A stretch of 63,286 bases of DNA, filler included, from Octopus bimaculoides (lineage: Eukaryota): NCBI RefSeq assembly GCF_001194135.2. It is 6 parts of 6 records of this genome, joined end to end, with 100 filler letters (N's around TTAATTAATTAA, not from the genome) between each part and the next. Parts side by side here need not be neighbours in the genome. Positions count along the whole stretch, not along the records: positions 21,275 to 47,892 come from NC_068983.1; 5 more parts are not named here. One strand, given 5' to 3'. Shown here in pieces: positions 25,541 to 37,063 of this stretch; the first letter of the stretch is position 1, and each line of letters opens with the position of its first letter. A model generated the notes under the pieces. That model was not told where the DNA came from. It saw nothing but the letters and a program-made list of their open reading frames with translations, and made no database searches. The position numbers and the translations under genes are program-made.

Positions 25541-26312
25541 TCTATATGAAAATCCAGCTGCTACTAAAATGATAGAATATAGAACACTCTGATACTGTGA
25601 ATACTCTCCTCCACAAGCAACTGTGCTCTTGACATTCAATTTCCATTGCAAATGACACATAAAAAAATTAAAACACTGCAAAAAAAGTTGTTCAAATGTC
25701 TTTTTTTACAATGATTGAGTTAAGAATCAGTATATGTGTATATGTATATATGTCTTGGGTATGACATTAAACTGCATCTGGTGATGAGGCTTCAGTTCAG
25801 GAGTTGTGGGTAGCATGGAGTCACTCCATAATTGCCATTACTCTCGGGTCTGTTCTGACCTAGAATAGTAGTACCTGTCAGGGTGCCATCTATGAGTTAA
25901 ATGGATTTTGCAGAGATTGGAAAGGCTCCTATTATTTTTGACAAAGCCACGGAGAGGGTAGCTCTTCTAGAAGAAAGATACACTAGCATAAAACTTGCAG
26001 TCAAAGTAGTACTGGTCATTTTGCAATGCTTGTCACTGAAACCTACTATAGTGACTGTGAAGGGGGAAAAAGTGTCTCACAAGCCTCTGTCACTTAAATT
26101 CAATGATGTACAGTTGTTTCCTTGATCCATTTTGTATTTTATGTAATCAATGGATGTGTGATGTGAAAAGTCATTTCCATGTACATGTAAGGATGAATCA
26201 TAATCAAACTGAATGTAAGACAACTATTGCCTGACAAGATGAGGCAGTCATCATGTATACATGTATTTACATATATTAAAACGTAAAATGAAAACAGAAC
26301 ACAAAGGATTCC

Positions 26313-26411
26313 GCGGTACACGTGTTTCAAGCTTTATACACAAACTGTCGTTGCATCATTATATGAGTATATAATTGATAGAAAGGATGGTTTAAAGCTA
26401 TCTTCAGCTGC
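26313..26411 (-). ncRNA. Type I hammerhead ribozyme fold in the PLE 3' end (copy A)
   Basis: - strand reads GCAG-CTGAAGA-T-AGCTTTA..56 nt..TAAAGCT-T-GAAACACGTGT-A-CCGC; palindromic stem III ACACGTGT; one stem I mismatch. Confidence 0.75.
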
Positions 26412-27169
26412 AAACATTTTCAGTCCCAAGATTACATCTCAAAGAAATAAAAATAGAGAGAGAGAAAAAGGAAAAGTCCACTTAGTATTATCCATTGTAA
26501 TATGCTTATCCTTTAAATTGTTATATCTGCATAAATCTTCCTTGATATTCAAAAATCTGTCCATATTATACCACAATTTAGGGTAGAGTGAATGATAACT
26601 AGATTGGATTGCATATAACTAGCGTATATGAGATAGAAGAAGATCAAAAATTTAAAAAAGTTAGAGGCTGAAACAATATAAAATACGAAATAAAACAATA
26701 TAAAATAAGAGATAAAATATAAAAATAATAGAAGTCAAATCGAGAGTAATATAAGAAAAAAATATGGATAATAAAGTAAGATGCATATAAAAAAGATTTA
26801 GTAGGGTTGGAATAAGGTAATAAAGGAAATAAAGTGAAAATAACCGCACATAAACAACAGTGTTCTTCACATTGTTCAATTTCCGGAACTAAAAAAAAAT
26901 TTTTATAACAAAAATTTCCAGAATACAAAAGTTTATGAGGAATATAGTCAAACAAATTGTGAAAGTCTCTTGGGAAAATCTACATTTCTACCGCTTCTAG
27001 TTTTCTTTTCGCTGGTATGTGATTTTAATATTGACTTTTTAGCATTTCCGTCAACGTTAGGTTTGCTGTTTTGAATATCGCTCTGTTTCATTTTCCGAGA
27101 TGTATCGTTCTGTTTCATTTTGTTCTGTGATGTATCGCTTGCATCATCATTTCCATGACAAGGATACTG

Positions 27170-27415
27170 GTCTAAATGCTTTTTTTACTCTGTCTAAACT
27201 GATAATCTCTTCTCTGCCATGTATATCCAGAGTCATAGTTTTATCTTTAATTGACAAGACTTTAAAAGGTCCAGTGTATTTATATTTCAGTGAATTATGA
27301 GTAGCATCGTTACATACGAAAACATGAGTCCAAGAATTAATATCAGAGGGAATGAAACTATGACTCTGGATATACATGGCAGAGAAGAGATTGTCAGTTT
27401 ACACAGTTTAGACGT
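27170..27415 (-). mobile_element. Ty3/Gypsy integrase C-terminal fragment with fold-back duplicate
   Basis: THVFVCNDATHNSLKYKYTGPFKVLSIKDKTMTLDIHGREEIISLDRVKKAF contains the GPF/Y motif. Confidence 0.75.
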
Positions 27416-29900
27416 CAGGGTCACCAGTTTTTTTATGGAGGTTGGTTATCACAACAGATCGTTGAAGTGTGAGATATACTATATCTTTATTTACAATACT
27501 TTCATTCGTAAGTTATAACAAATATTATTGTTTATTAATTAAAAGCTATAATGATAATCTTGTTACTTATAACTTAATTATAAGTATTTATCACTAAGCA
27601 TAACTCTTAGTTTAGGCTGCGTAAATGTTATGATGTATCATACCAAAACGCTGAATGTGCGTACATTACGTACATGTATGTTGAAGATATAGATTATATT
27701 TTTTTGACTGTTACACATAAAAAAATACAGTTTCATTAATATACAAAAATAAATTCAACAAGTTCAAAGAAATGAAAAGTAAAAGGAATTAAGTTTCTAC
27801 ATTAATTTATTATATACATTTTTTTTACATTATAGAAATTTAGGAACAAGTCATTTCATCGTAGAGAATTATGACTTAAATTTTACATCAACTAATTTCT
27901 CATTCTAACTATAAGGTTTCACGACAATTCAATATTGTCGGATTTGAGTATTGAACATGGCATACATATTAGCCCACACTCAAAAGGGTGAGTGTCGTGG
28001 ACCTGAGTGGCCGTCCAACGAACACTGGAGAGTTTGCCAAAAATCAGAGCTCTTACAATCACTCATACACGAATCACAGAACCGCAACTTCATGAAAGAC
28101 CCCTTCAACGAAGTTCATAATTCGCATATGGGCAGCAACCCCCAACCAATGAGAAATCAATAATTTCTCATGTTTGGGCAAACGAACTTACGTTCTCTCT
28201 CCGCCTCTTATGAGTTTGCTACAAAAGGAATTGGGATAAAGAAATAGAAGAAATAAAAGAGATGAAACAAAAGAAGTAAAGAAAATGAGGAATAAGAAAA
28301 AAAACCCATAAAGTAGAAAAAGAGATAAAGAGATAAGATACTAAATGGCAGAAAAACAAACAATTTCTTAGCTAGACTAGGGTTGAAATATGATATCCTT
28401 GTGATGAGTGGTCAGTTTACCCAAAACACACCACTACAACTTAACTATATGAACTTATCTATAATATGGGCACATACACTTACTTAGAAGATAAATAAAT
28501 AAATAATAATGATGGAAGTGGTAAAGAGTAATTAGAAAATATAAAAACTAAAAAAAGAAAAATTAGAAAATGTAAAAAAAGGTTAGAAAATATAAAGAAG
28601 AAAATTAGGGTTGAAGTTAAAAATTAAAATTATAAGTATGGGGAACAATTATAATAGTAGTAATATAATAGTAATAATGTATTATATAATGTAATAGTAA
28701 TAAAAAATAACAATAACAATAATAATAATAATAATATAGTGGTTTGAAAAAGTACATTGATTGGAAAAATATTGTGATTGGGGAAATTTTGGCTTATCAG
28801 TTTGTGTAAATTATATGTCATAGTGCAACTACTACTATAATCGTATTTTATTCATTTATATATTGCTATATGAAGTTAAAAGAGTCTGGGTTTGTATCTC
28901 CTACTGAATACTAGTATAATATTGTTATAAACATTGAAGTGATGAGTGTTATTTAATGTTACCTTTGTGTATTGTAGTGTTATTCAAAATTTTAGAGCCA
29001 GTGACTAAATTATTTAGTAATTTTGCTCTAAAAATGGGATTAGGGATCTCGGATTGTTAAGTATGTGTGTACTATATGGGGTCAGAATCTAGCTAGGTGA
29101 GGGTAAACTGAATAATTAAAGCAAATAGTTAAGTTGTTGGGGGTAGAGTACGGGATTCATTAATTCAATGTCGGAATAGTGGCAGGATGGATCAGACGAG
29201 GGAATTACCAATGAGAGAAGATGATGAAGTGATTATAACTTAAAAGTAGGGACTTCAGGATTATAGTATTTAAAGGTTTTAATCAGTTTATGTATACAAG
29301 TTGGTTTGAATTCTGATCTCTTATTAATTAGCTTGTTCTTTTCAGAGAATCTAATGATTTTCAATAGTTCTAAGGAACATAACTGGCAACCAGTTCTATT
29401 ATTTTTATAAGTTGCTGCCGATCCAACTATGGACCATCTAAGGTTAAAGTTAATATTTTTGTCTTTAAGTTCCCATATTCTACATGATAATGAAGTGCTA
29501 TTAGACTTATGCCTGAGTCTAAATGATGACCTATGGTTATAGAACCTAGATTTCTAGGAGGATGAGCATCCAAGGGAGGTGAGGGTATTCGTTTCAGTAA
29601 TTATTTCGCAAGAATAGACTATGTTTTTTGCTAGGCAGTTTCCACGTAAAGGACATGCTGATGTTGTTAAACAATTGCACCCAACTTTATAATTGTTAGG
29701 CCGTCTTATGCTTGCATGTGGAGGGTAACTGTTTATAGGATTGTTATCTTTGTTAGTTCTCGGGTGGTTAAGGTTTACACCTACATTGCTGTTACTATTA
29801 TTGTTGTTACCTCTATTGGGGTTGTTCAAAGTTTCACTAGCTCTATTCTTTCTGCCGTTAAGACTGGTACTATATTTATTAGTTCTATCAATAATATATA

Positions 29901-30285
29901 GGCGCAGGAGTGGCTGTGTGGTAAGTAGCTTGCTTACCAACCACATGGTTCCAGGTTCATTCCCACTGCGTGGCACTTTGGGCAAGTGTCTTCTACTATA
30001 ATCTCGGGCCGACCAAAGCCTTGTGAGTGGATTTGGTAGACGGAAACTGAAAGAAGCCCATCGTATATATGTATANNNNNNNNNNTCTGTGTTTGTCCCC
30101 CCAGCATCGTTTGACAACCGATGGTGTGTTTACGTCCCTGTAACTTAGCGGTTCGGCAAAAGAGACTGATAGAATAAGTACTAGGCTTCCAAAGAATAAG
30201 TCCTGGGGTCAATTTGCTCGACTAAAGGCGGTGCTCCAGCATGGCCGCAGTCAAATGACTGAAACAAGTAAAAGAGTAAAAGAGT
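29901..30285 (+). repeat. SINE family 1 copy inserted in the PLE linker
   Basis: Near-consensus copy; removing it restores the sequence seen at 34555-34588/35495; short aatat duplication at the flanks. Confidence 0.88.
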
Positions 30286-30509
30286 AAATATTATTAATTA
30301 TATTGGAATTGTAGCTTGTATAATTATTGTCGTGATTACTATTTGAGGTGGAGTTGGATATACTATTAGTAGTAGCAGTATCGTTATTTAACATGGAAGT
30401 ACTATATGGTGTGCCACTATCCTGTGTTGGGTCTAGGTTTAGTGATTCATCTATTGAACTGTGATTTGATATTTGGATATGGTCATAGGGCCTAATAGTG
30501 TTGTTGTCA

Positions 30510-32903
30510 TCTATACATATATAAAATTGAGAATGTATGTCTGTGTGTGTGTGTCTGTGTGAATCCTTAAATCTCCAGAACTACACAACCAATTTCATTC
30601 AAATTTTACACATGTCTTACTTAGGGTCCCGGTTGTGTTTTAGTCAAAAAAAGATATTAACTTCTTGCATACTTCCAGCCCACAGCAACATCATATCTCC
30701 TCCACTATTTAACCCTTTCGTTACTATATTTCTGACCAAAATACACCCCTCATGAGTTTCAATTAAATTCTAAAATAATCATGAATTTAGACTAGTCTCA
30801 TTAAACACCTGTAACTTTTTTATTTATCAACATATTAATGTGATATTTGGAACATAATTAAAGAAAGGGTTCTTAATCAATTCTATTGCATAATTTTTGT
30901 CTCTGGGGTACTGCTAGTGTCTCTCACATNNNNNNNNNNNNNNNNNNNNNNNNNNNNNNNNNNNNNNNNNNNNNNNNNNNNNNNNNNNNNNNNNNNNNNN
31001 NNNNNNNNNNNNNNNNNNNNNNNNNNNNNNNNNNNNNNNNNNNNNNNNNNNNNNNNNNNNNNNNNNNNNNNNNNNNNNNNNNNNNNNNNNNNNNNNNNNN
31101 NNNNNNNNNNNNNNNNNNNNNNNNNNNNNNNNNNNNNNNNNNNNNNNNNNNNNNNNNNNNNNNNNNNNNNNNNNNNNNNNNNNNNNNNNNNNNNNNNNNN
31201 NNNNNNNNNNNNNNNNNNNNNNNNNNNNNNNNNNNNNNNNNNNNNNNNNNNNNNNNNNNNNNNNNNNNNNNNNNNNNNNNNNNNNNNNNNNNNNNNNNNN
31301 NNNNNNNNNNNNNNNNNNNNNNNNNNNNNNNNNNNNNNNNNNNNNNNNNNNNNNNNNNNNNNNNNNNNNNNNNNNNNNNNNNNNNNNNNNNNNNNNNNNN
31401 NNNNNNNNNNNNNNNNNNNNNNNNNNNNNNNNNNNNNNNNNNNNNNNNNNNNNNNNNNNNNNNNNNNNNNNNNNNNNNNNNNNNNNNNNNNNNNNNNNNN
31501 NNNNNNNNNNNNNNNNNNNNNNNNNNNNNNNNNNNNNNNNNNNNNNNNNNNNNNNNNNNNNNNNNNNNNNNNNNNNNNNNNNNNNNNNNNNNNNNNNNNN
31601 NNNNNNNNNNNNNNNNNNNNNNNNNNNNNNNNNNNNNNNNNNNNNNNNNNNNNNNNNNNNNNNNNNNNNNNNNNNNNNNNNNNNNNNNNNNNNNNNNNNN
31701 NNNNNNNNNNNNNNNNNNNNNNNNNNNNNNNNNNNNNNNNNNNNNNNNNNNNNNNNNNNNNNNNNNNNNNNNNNNNNNNNNNNNNNNNNNNNNNNNNNNN
31801 NNNNNNNNNNNNNNNNNNNNNNNNNNNNNNNNNNNNNNNNNNNNNNNNNNNNNNNNNNNNNNNNNNNNNNNNNNNNNNNNNNGATTATTTGCTTTATTTC
31901 TCGGGCAAAATTTACAACTTAGAATAAAAGAATAAAGTTATTATTTCATTCAAAAATTGATGAGCTTTGTTTTTAGTGATGACTTGAAATGGTAAATATT
32001 TTTTCTAACTGTATTTGCTTGAAAAAATATACCTTTCTTTATATTAAGCAGTTCATTATAATTACTTTTACGATGTGCCTAAATAAAAACCATCGTTATA
32101 GATCAGCACTTCTCAACCTTTTTCACGATTTGGCTTCCCTTGGACATTGAAAAAATTTATTTTGGCTCCCCTGGGTTGATGAAAAATTTAATCCAGCTTC
32201 CCATGTATCTGAGATAGACTGACCGGCCCATGACAAATCTGACAAAAGGGGAGACCCGCAGAACTACCAGCTCATGAACTGCATCTGAAAGTTGGCGCGC
32301 CAATCATGCTGCTAAGGAATTTAGATGCTCCAATAATGTGCAATGGTACGTGGATGATTATCAAAAAATTGTGCTCCCGAGTTCTGTAGGCAACAATCTT
32401 GAATGAACCAGCCACTGGCTGAGACATACTTATAACTCCCATGTCCCATGTCCCTTACCCACTCCAATACGACCTACAAGTTTAAACAAATGCAATTTCC
32501 CATCAAACTCTGCTTTCCCATGACAATCAACAAGGCACAGGGACAATCAGTGCAAGCGGTTGGTTTGAATCTGACAGAACTGTACATTGGCTGTCCCCAT
32601 GGTCCTTTTATTTGTGCACCCGAGGGAAGGACGTAGAATGTTGTTTACCAAGAGGCACTCCAATGATAACAACGGCAACTTCAACTGCTCCAATTTCAAC
32701 TCCGCAATTTTTTCATTGTCCTGCCAGGCCACGTAAGTCCAGTTTTGCTTTGCTCTCCTTACTAACTCACCATGACATTCTTTTTTTTCTACCAAGATCC
32801 GTCGCCCAAACACCACTTCGTATCCACTTCTTCCTCTTTTTTATGTCTTCGTTTCTCTCTTCGCGTCATTCTTTGACTGGGTGAAGCCGGGCTTAGCTGC
32901 GAG
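30510..32903 (+). mobile_element. Non-autonomous or degenerate Helitron (spans a gap)
   Basis: 5' A|TC start; PIF1 helicase remnant ELPAHELHLKVGAPIMLLRNL..CNGT and QFPIKLCFPMTINKAQGQS (32260-32640); 3' GC-rich subterminal segment then CGAG|T (CTRR variant); inserted at an AT dinucleotide. Confidence 0.85.
30709..30905 (-). mobile_element. piggyBac right terminus nested in the Helitron
   Basis: TTAA|CCCTTTCG..; reverse complement of 46860-47059, the right end of the piggyBac remnant. Confidence 0.8.
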
Positions 32904-34699
32904 TTATAATTATTATTATTACTACCATTATCAACAATGTTATAATTCTCAGGATTATTAGTTTGTATACTATCATTATTAGTTCTTGGATTATTGGGGT
33001 TAGACTGATAATTATTATTTATTCTTAATCTAGCTTTCTTTATTTTGGTTTTATTATGTTTAGATATAAGGCATTTCATATTGGGGAGGGTCGAATATGA
33101 GATTCTAATAGTTTTAGTGGAAAGAATACTGTTATATCTATGAGTGGGTGGAAAGTTATTTGATATAATTGAAAATATTTTCTTGTATAATCTACCTGTA
33201 ACCGCTACATTATATGGTATGTTAAACCATATATAGTTGCGTAATTTACTGTTATTTTGTTTAGTAATTCTTCTATTGCTATTATTATTTCTATTGTTAG
33301 GATTTTCTCTAACTGAACTATTATCGGTACAATTTTTTTCTTTATGATTTTTGATCTTAAGCCTATTTGTATTAGTACTGGTTGTATCTGTGCTTTTATT
33401 TTTGTTTTTATTCGACTTATTTTCTATACCTCCATTTAAGGAATTAACTCTAGATTTACTAATTTGTTTATATGATGTATTTTTACTCATGGTTGATGCT
33501 TTAGGCGGTTTACAATTTAAGTTTTTAACAAAAGATATTTTCTGGGAGTACCCAGCATTGATTGTAATGATGAGCATGATCTTTAAAAATGTTTCCATTC
33601 GAGGATAATTTTGTTAGTCTATCAGAAACAGCCTGGACATTAGTATTAATTATAGAGTGGGGNNNNNNNNNNTAGTGTGCTAATGTAACTTGTAGTTTCT
33701 TCTGGCTTTCTGTAAGGGTAGTGAAGGCTTTTATCTATGTCTAGTGTAGCATTTAAAAAATTAACTATCTTAGAGTTAGTCATAAATTCAAGTTTTAGAT
33801 TAAATGATTTTAAAAAATGCCTAATCCTTTTCCTAATTCTTTCTAGGGTACTTTTGCTGTTGGTGGGGTATATGAATAGTGCGTCGTCTCTGTATAGACC
33901 CCACTGACGGTCTGGTACCTCCGAGAATAGCCTCTTAAGTAGAAAGGCTCCAACTAAGTCAGTTACCTGAGCTGAGTCGCTCGAGCCCATAGCAACATCA
34001 AAGTTATCAGGGGTGTCAAACCTAGTCCAAAGTTTACCCTCGAATTCAATTATTGTTTTCCTAGCTAAGAGTATTATATCAATTTTATCTCTATCTATAA
34101 GAGAGAGGTTACGAGCAGAAACCAACAGCAAAATAAGAGAAGTTATGACCAAGCTAGATCTACTAGAAAGTACCGAACCTCTCATCCTCCAGGAACCATG
34201 GATTAGCATTAAGGACCATAAAAAAGGATTCTCAGAGAACATAGAAGTGAGGCTAATATGGCCAACTAAGTCAGATATAGGCAGACTGAGTAAGACGGAG
34301 TAATTCCCCGGATTAAACCTCACATCCCACTCAACATATGGGTTAATACTGAGGATGTTTTAAAATAGTTCAACTCTATCAACTGTAAGAAAAACTTTTC
34401 ATTCATACAATTCGACATATTGAATTACTATGCAAGCATCTCTCCTATCCTATTGAATAAGTCCCTAATTTATGCTCGATACTACTACTACTACTAATAA
34501 AATATCCTATTCCACCTCAAATAGTAATCGCGACAATAATTATACGAGCCACAATTCCAATATAATTAATAATATTGTTGATAGAGCTGTACATATATGT
34601 GTGTATACATGCATATATATTCTTTGTATTATTACATTATTGAACGCACACGTCCTTTTTGCAAGTAAGTCTGTACTTTATTATTCTGACGTGACTATC

Positions 34700-35060
34700 T
34701 TTCTATCTATCTATCTATCTATCTTTCTATCTACCTACCTATCTATTTATCTATCTGTCTTCCTCTATCTACCTATCTATCTTTCTTCTTACCCATCTCC
34801 CCCTCTCGCTCTGCTTCCTTCTGTTATCCTGGCTTCTACTTCACTGCTATACACTTCTGTCTCTTCCTCCTTGTTCCACTTCCCACCCCCTACCATCCTC
34901 TCTTTCTCTATCTTTCTATCTATCCCTCTATCTATCTACCTATCTATCTTTCTTCTTACCCATCTCCCCCTCTCGCTCTGCTCCCTTCTGTTGTCCTGGC
35001 TTCTACTTCACTGCTATACACTTCTGTCTCTTCCTCCTTGTTCCACTTCCTCCCTCCACC
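34700..35060. repeat. (CTAT)n plus a tandem duplication of about 165 bp
   Basis: ctatctttcttcttacccatctccccctctcgctctg..ccttgttccacttcc occurs at about 34777-34882 and 34943-35050. Confidence 0.85.
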
Positions 35061-36469
35061 ATCCTCTCTGCTCTCGAGTGACCTGTGGTCAACTTTCTTT
35101 TCACTCCAGCCGCTGTGAAGGCAAGACGAACTACTAGCGTTCTACATCAGATTCGCGTTTAGCCGTACGGCTTTTTAATGTTGTTTTCACTGTCCAATTT
35201 TTCCTGTCTTGGTTTGTGTTTGCCACCTTGGAATCCTCTGTTTAGTGGGTTGATCCACTACTCAGGAAGAGACTATTCTAGAGTACGTTCTGCCTTATCT
35301 TTGAAACGTTGGGTTAGAATAGAGGCAGCTGATGAAGGAATATTCCAAGTGGCTTTCCGTTTTCCTATGTGTTCGTTCCATTGTCTGTAGTTCATTGTTC
35401 TAACGTCCTGTACCCTGATATGCATCTATATACACATGTAGATGTAAGTATGTACATATATGTGTGTATACATGCATATATATTCTTTGTATTAATAAAT
35501 ATAGTACCAGTCTTAACGGCAGAAAGAATAGAGCTAGTGAAACTTTGAACAACCCCAATAGAGGTAACAACAATAATAGTAACAGCAATGTAGGTGTAAA
35601 CCTTAACCACCCGAGAACTAACAAAGATAGCAATCCTATAAACAGTTACTCTCCACATGCAAGCATAAGACAGCCTAACAATTATAAAGTTGGGTGCAAT
35701 TGTGTAACAACATCAACATGTCCTTTACGTGGAAACTGCCTAGCAAAAAACAGTCTATTCTTGCGAAATAATTACTGAAACGAATACCCTCACCTACCTT
35801 GGATGCTCATCCTCCTGGAAATCTAGGTTCTATAACCATAGGTCATCCTTAAGTCCCCACTTTTAAGTTATAATCACTTCATCATCTTCTCTCATTGGTA
35901 ATTCCCTCGTCTGATCCATCCTGCCACTATTCCGGCATTGAATTAATGAATCCCGTACTCTTTTTCTACTTTATGGGGTTTTTTCTTATTCCTCATTTTC
36001 TTTACTTCTTTTATTTCATCTCTTTTATTTCTTCTATTTCTTTATGACAATTCCTTTATTACCTTATTCCAACCCTACTAAATCTTTTTTATATGCATCT
36101 TACTTTATTATCCGTATTTTTTTCTTATATTACTCTTGATTTGACTTCTATTATTTTTATATTTTATCTCTTATTTTATATTGTTTTATTTTGTATTTTA
36201 TATTGTTTCAGCCTCTAACTTCTTTTTATTTTTGATCTTCTCCTTCTATCTCATATACGCTAGTTATATACAATCCAATCTATTTATCATTCACTCTACC
36301 CTGAATTGTGGTACAATATGGACAGATTTTTGAATAGCAAGGAAGATTTATGCAGATATAACAATTTAAAGGATTAGCATATTACAATGGATAATACTAA
36401 GTGGACTTTTCCTTTTTCTCTCTCTATTTTTTTTTTCTTTGAGATGTAATCTTGGGACTGAAAATGTTT

Positions 36470-36568
36470 GCGGCTGAAGATAGCTTTAAACCATCCTTTC
36501 TATCAATTATATACTCATATAATGATGCAACGACAGTTTGTGTATAAAGCTTGAAACACGTGTACCAC
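36470..36568 (+). ncRNA. Type I hammerhead ribozyme fold in the PLE 3' end (copy B)
   Basis: GCGG-CTGAAGA-T-AGCTTTA..56 nt..TAAAGCT-T-GAAACACGTGT-A-CCAC; the consensus of copies A and B gives a perfect GCGG/CCGC stem I. Confidence 0.75.
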
Positions 36569-37063
36569 GGAATCCTTTGTGTTCTGTTTTCATTTTACGT
36601 TTTAATATATTCTTTCTCCTCAGCCACTATCTGGCATATACAGGTGCTTACACTTATCAAGTATTACCTCTAAAATTTACAATACCTATGTATTTATATA
36701 TGTATATATTTTTTTGTTTTAATTCATATGTGATTACATATTGTCTGTATCTTTGTGAGTATTGCTAATCATTAACTTACTTGCATGAATAACCCCACTT
36801 TTAAGCTTATATGTATGTTGCATTGATGTTTGTGTCAGTGCATCATTATGATCATATTTTCATGTACATGTAATAACATGCATGTGTATGTCCGTATATA
36901 GTATACATTAAAATATGGCTGAAATAATATTCAAAATTATACTTACGGTTGTTTGAACTTATTGTCAGCCTACTGTTATAATGTGATTGTGGAAGGTGTT
37001 ATTTTGAGTTAGAAAAGTTGCACAGATGTGTATTTCTTTAACAGCAATAGAATTTTAACTTAC

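Larger units (their letters stand above)
26271..34117 (-). mobile_element. Penelope-like element (Naiad-like): RT core, linker, GIY-YIG, 3' UTR and hammerhead; interrupted by Helitron, SINE and Gypsy fragments
   Basis: AMGSSDSAQVTDLVG and GLYRDDAL (33.7-34.1 kb); WFNIPY..IRISYSTLPN linker; GCNCLTTSACPLRGNCL (CxCx5Cx5C); NSTSLSCRIWELK, CQLCSLE and LINKRSEF..CIH (29.2-29.7 kb). The frame rejoins when the Helitron is removed. Confidence 0.9.
34118..36610 (+). mobile_element. Inverted, internally deleted arm of the same PLE family
   Basis: RT motifs ISIKDHK..RLIWPTKSDIGRLSK and FIQFDILNYYASI at 34118-34478, then Asn-rich linker, GCNC..CPLRGNCL and TYLG, then a 3' end that is the reverse complement of 26271-26830, 28230-28320 and 29150-29900 segments. 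Confidence 0.88.

Noticed and set aside
29150-29700. Selenocysteine-recoding PLE (reported for some Naiad elements)
   Set aside because: Conserved Cys positions are TGC/TGT, the in-frame stop is TAG (TGG in the other copy), and no SECIS was recognised
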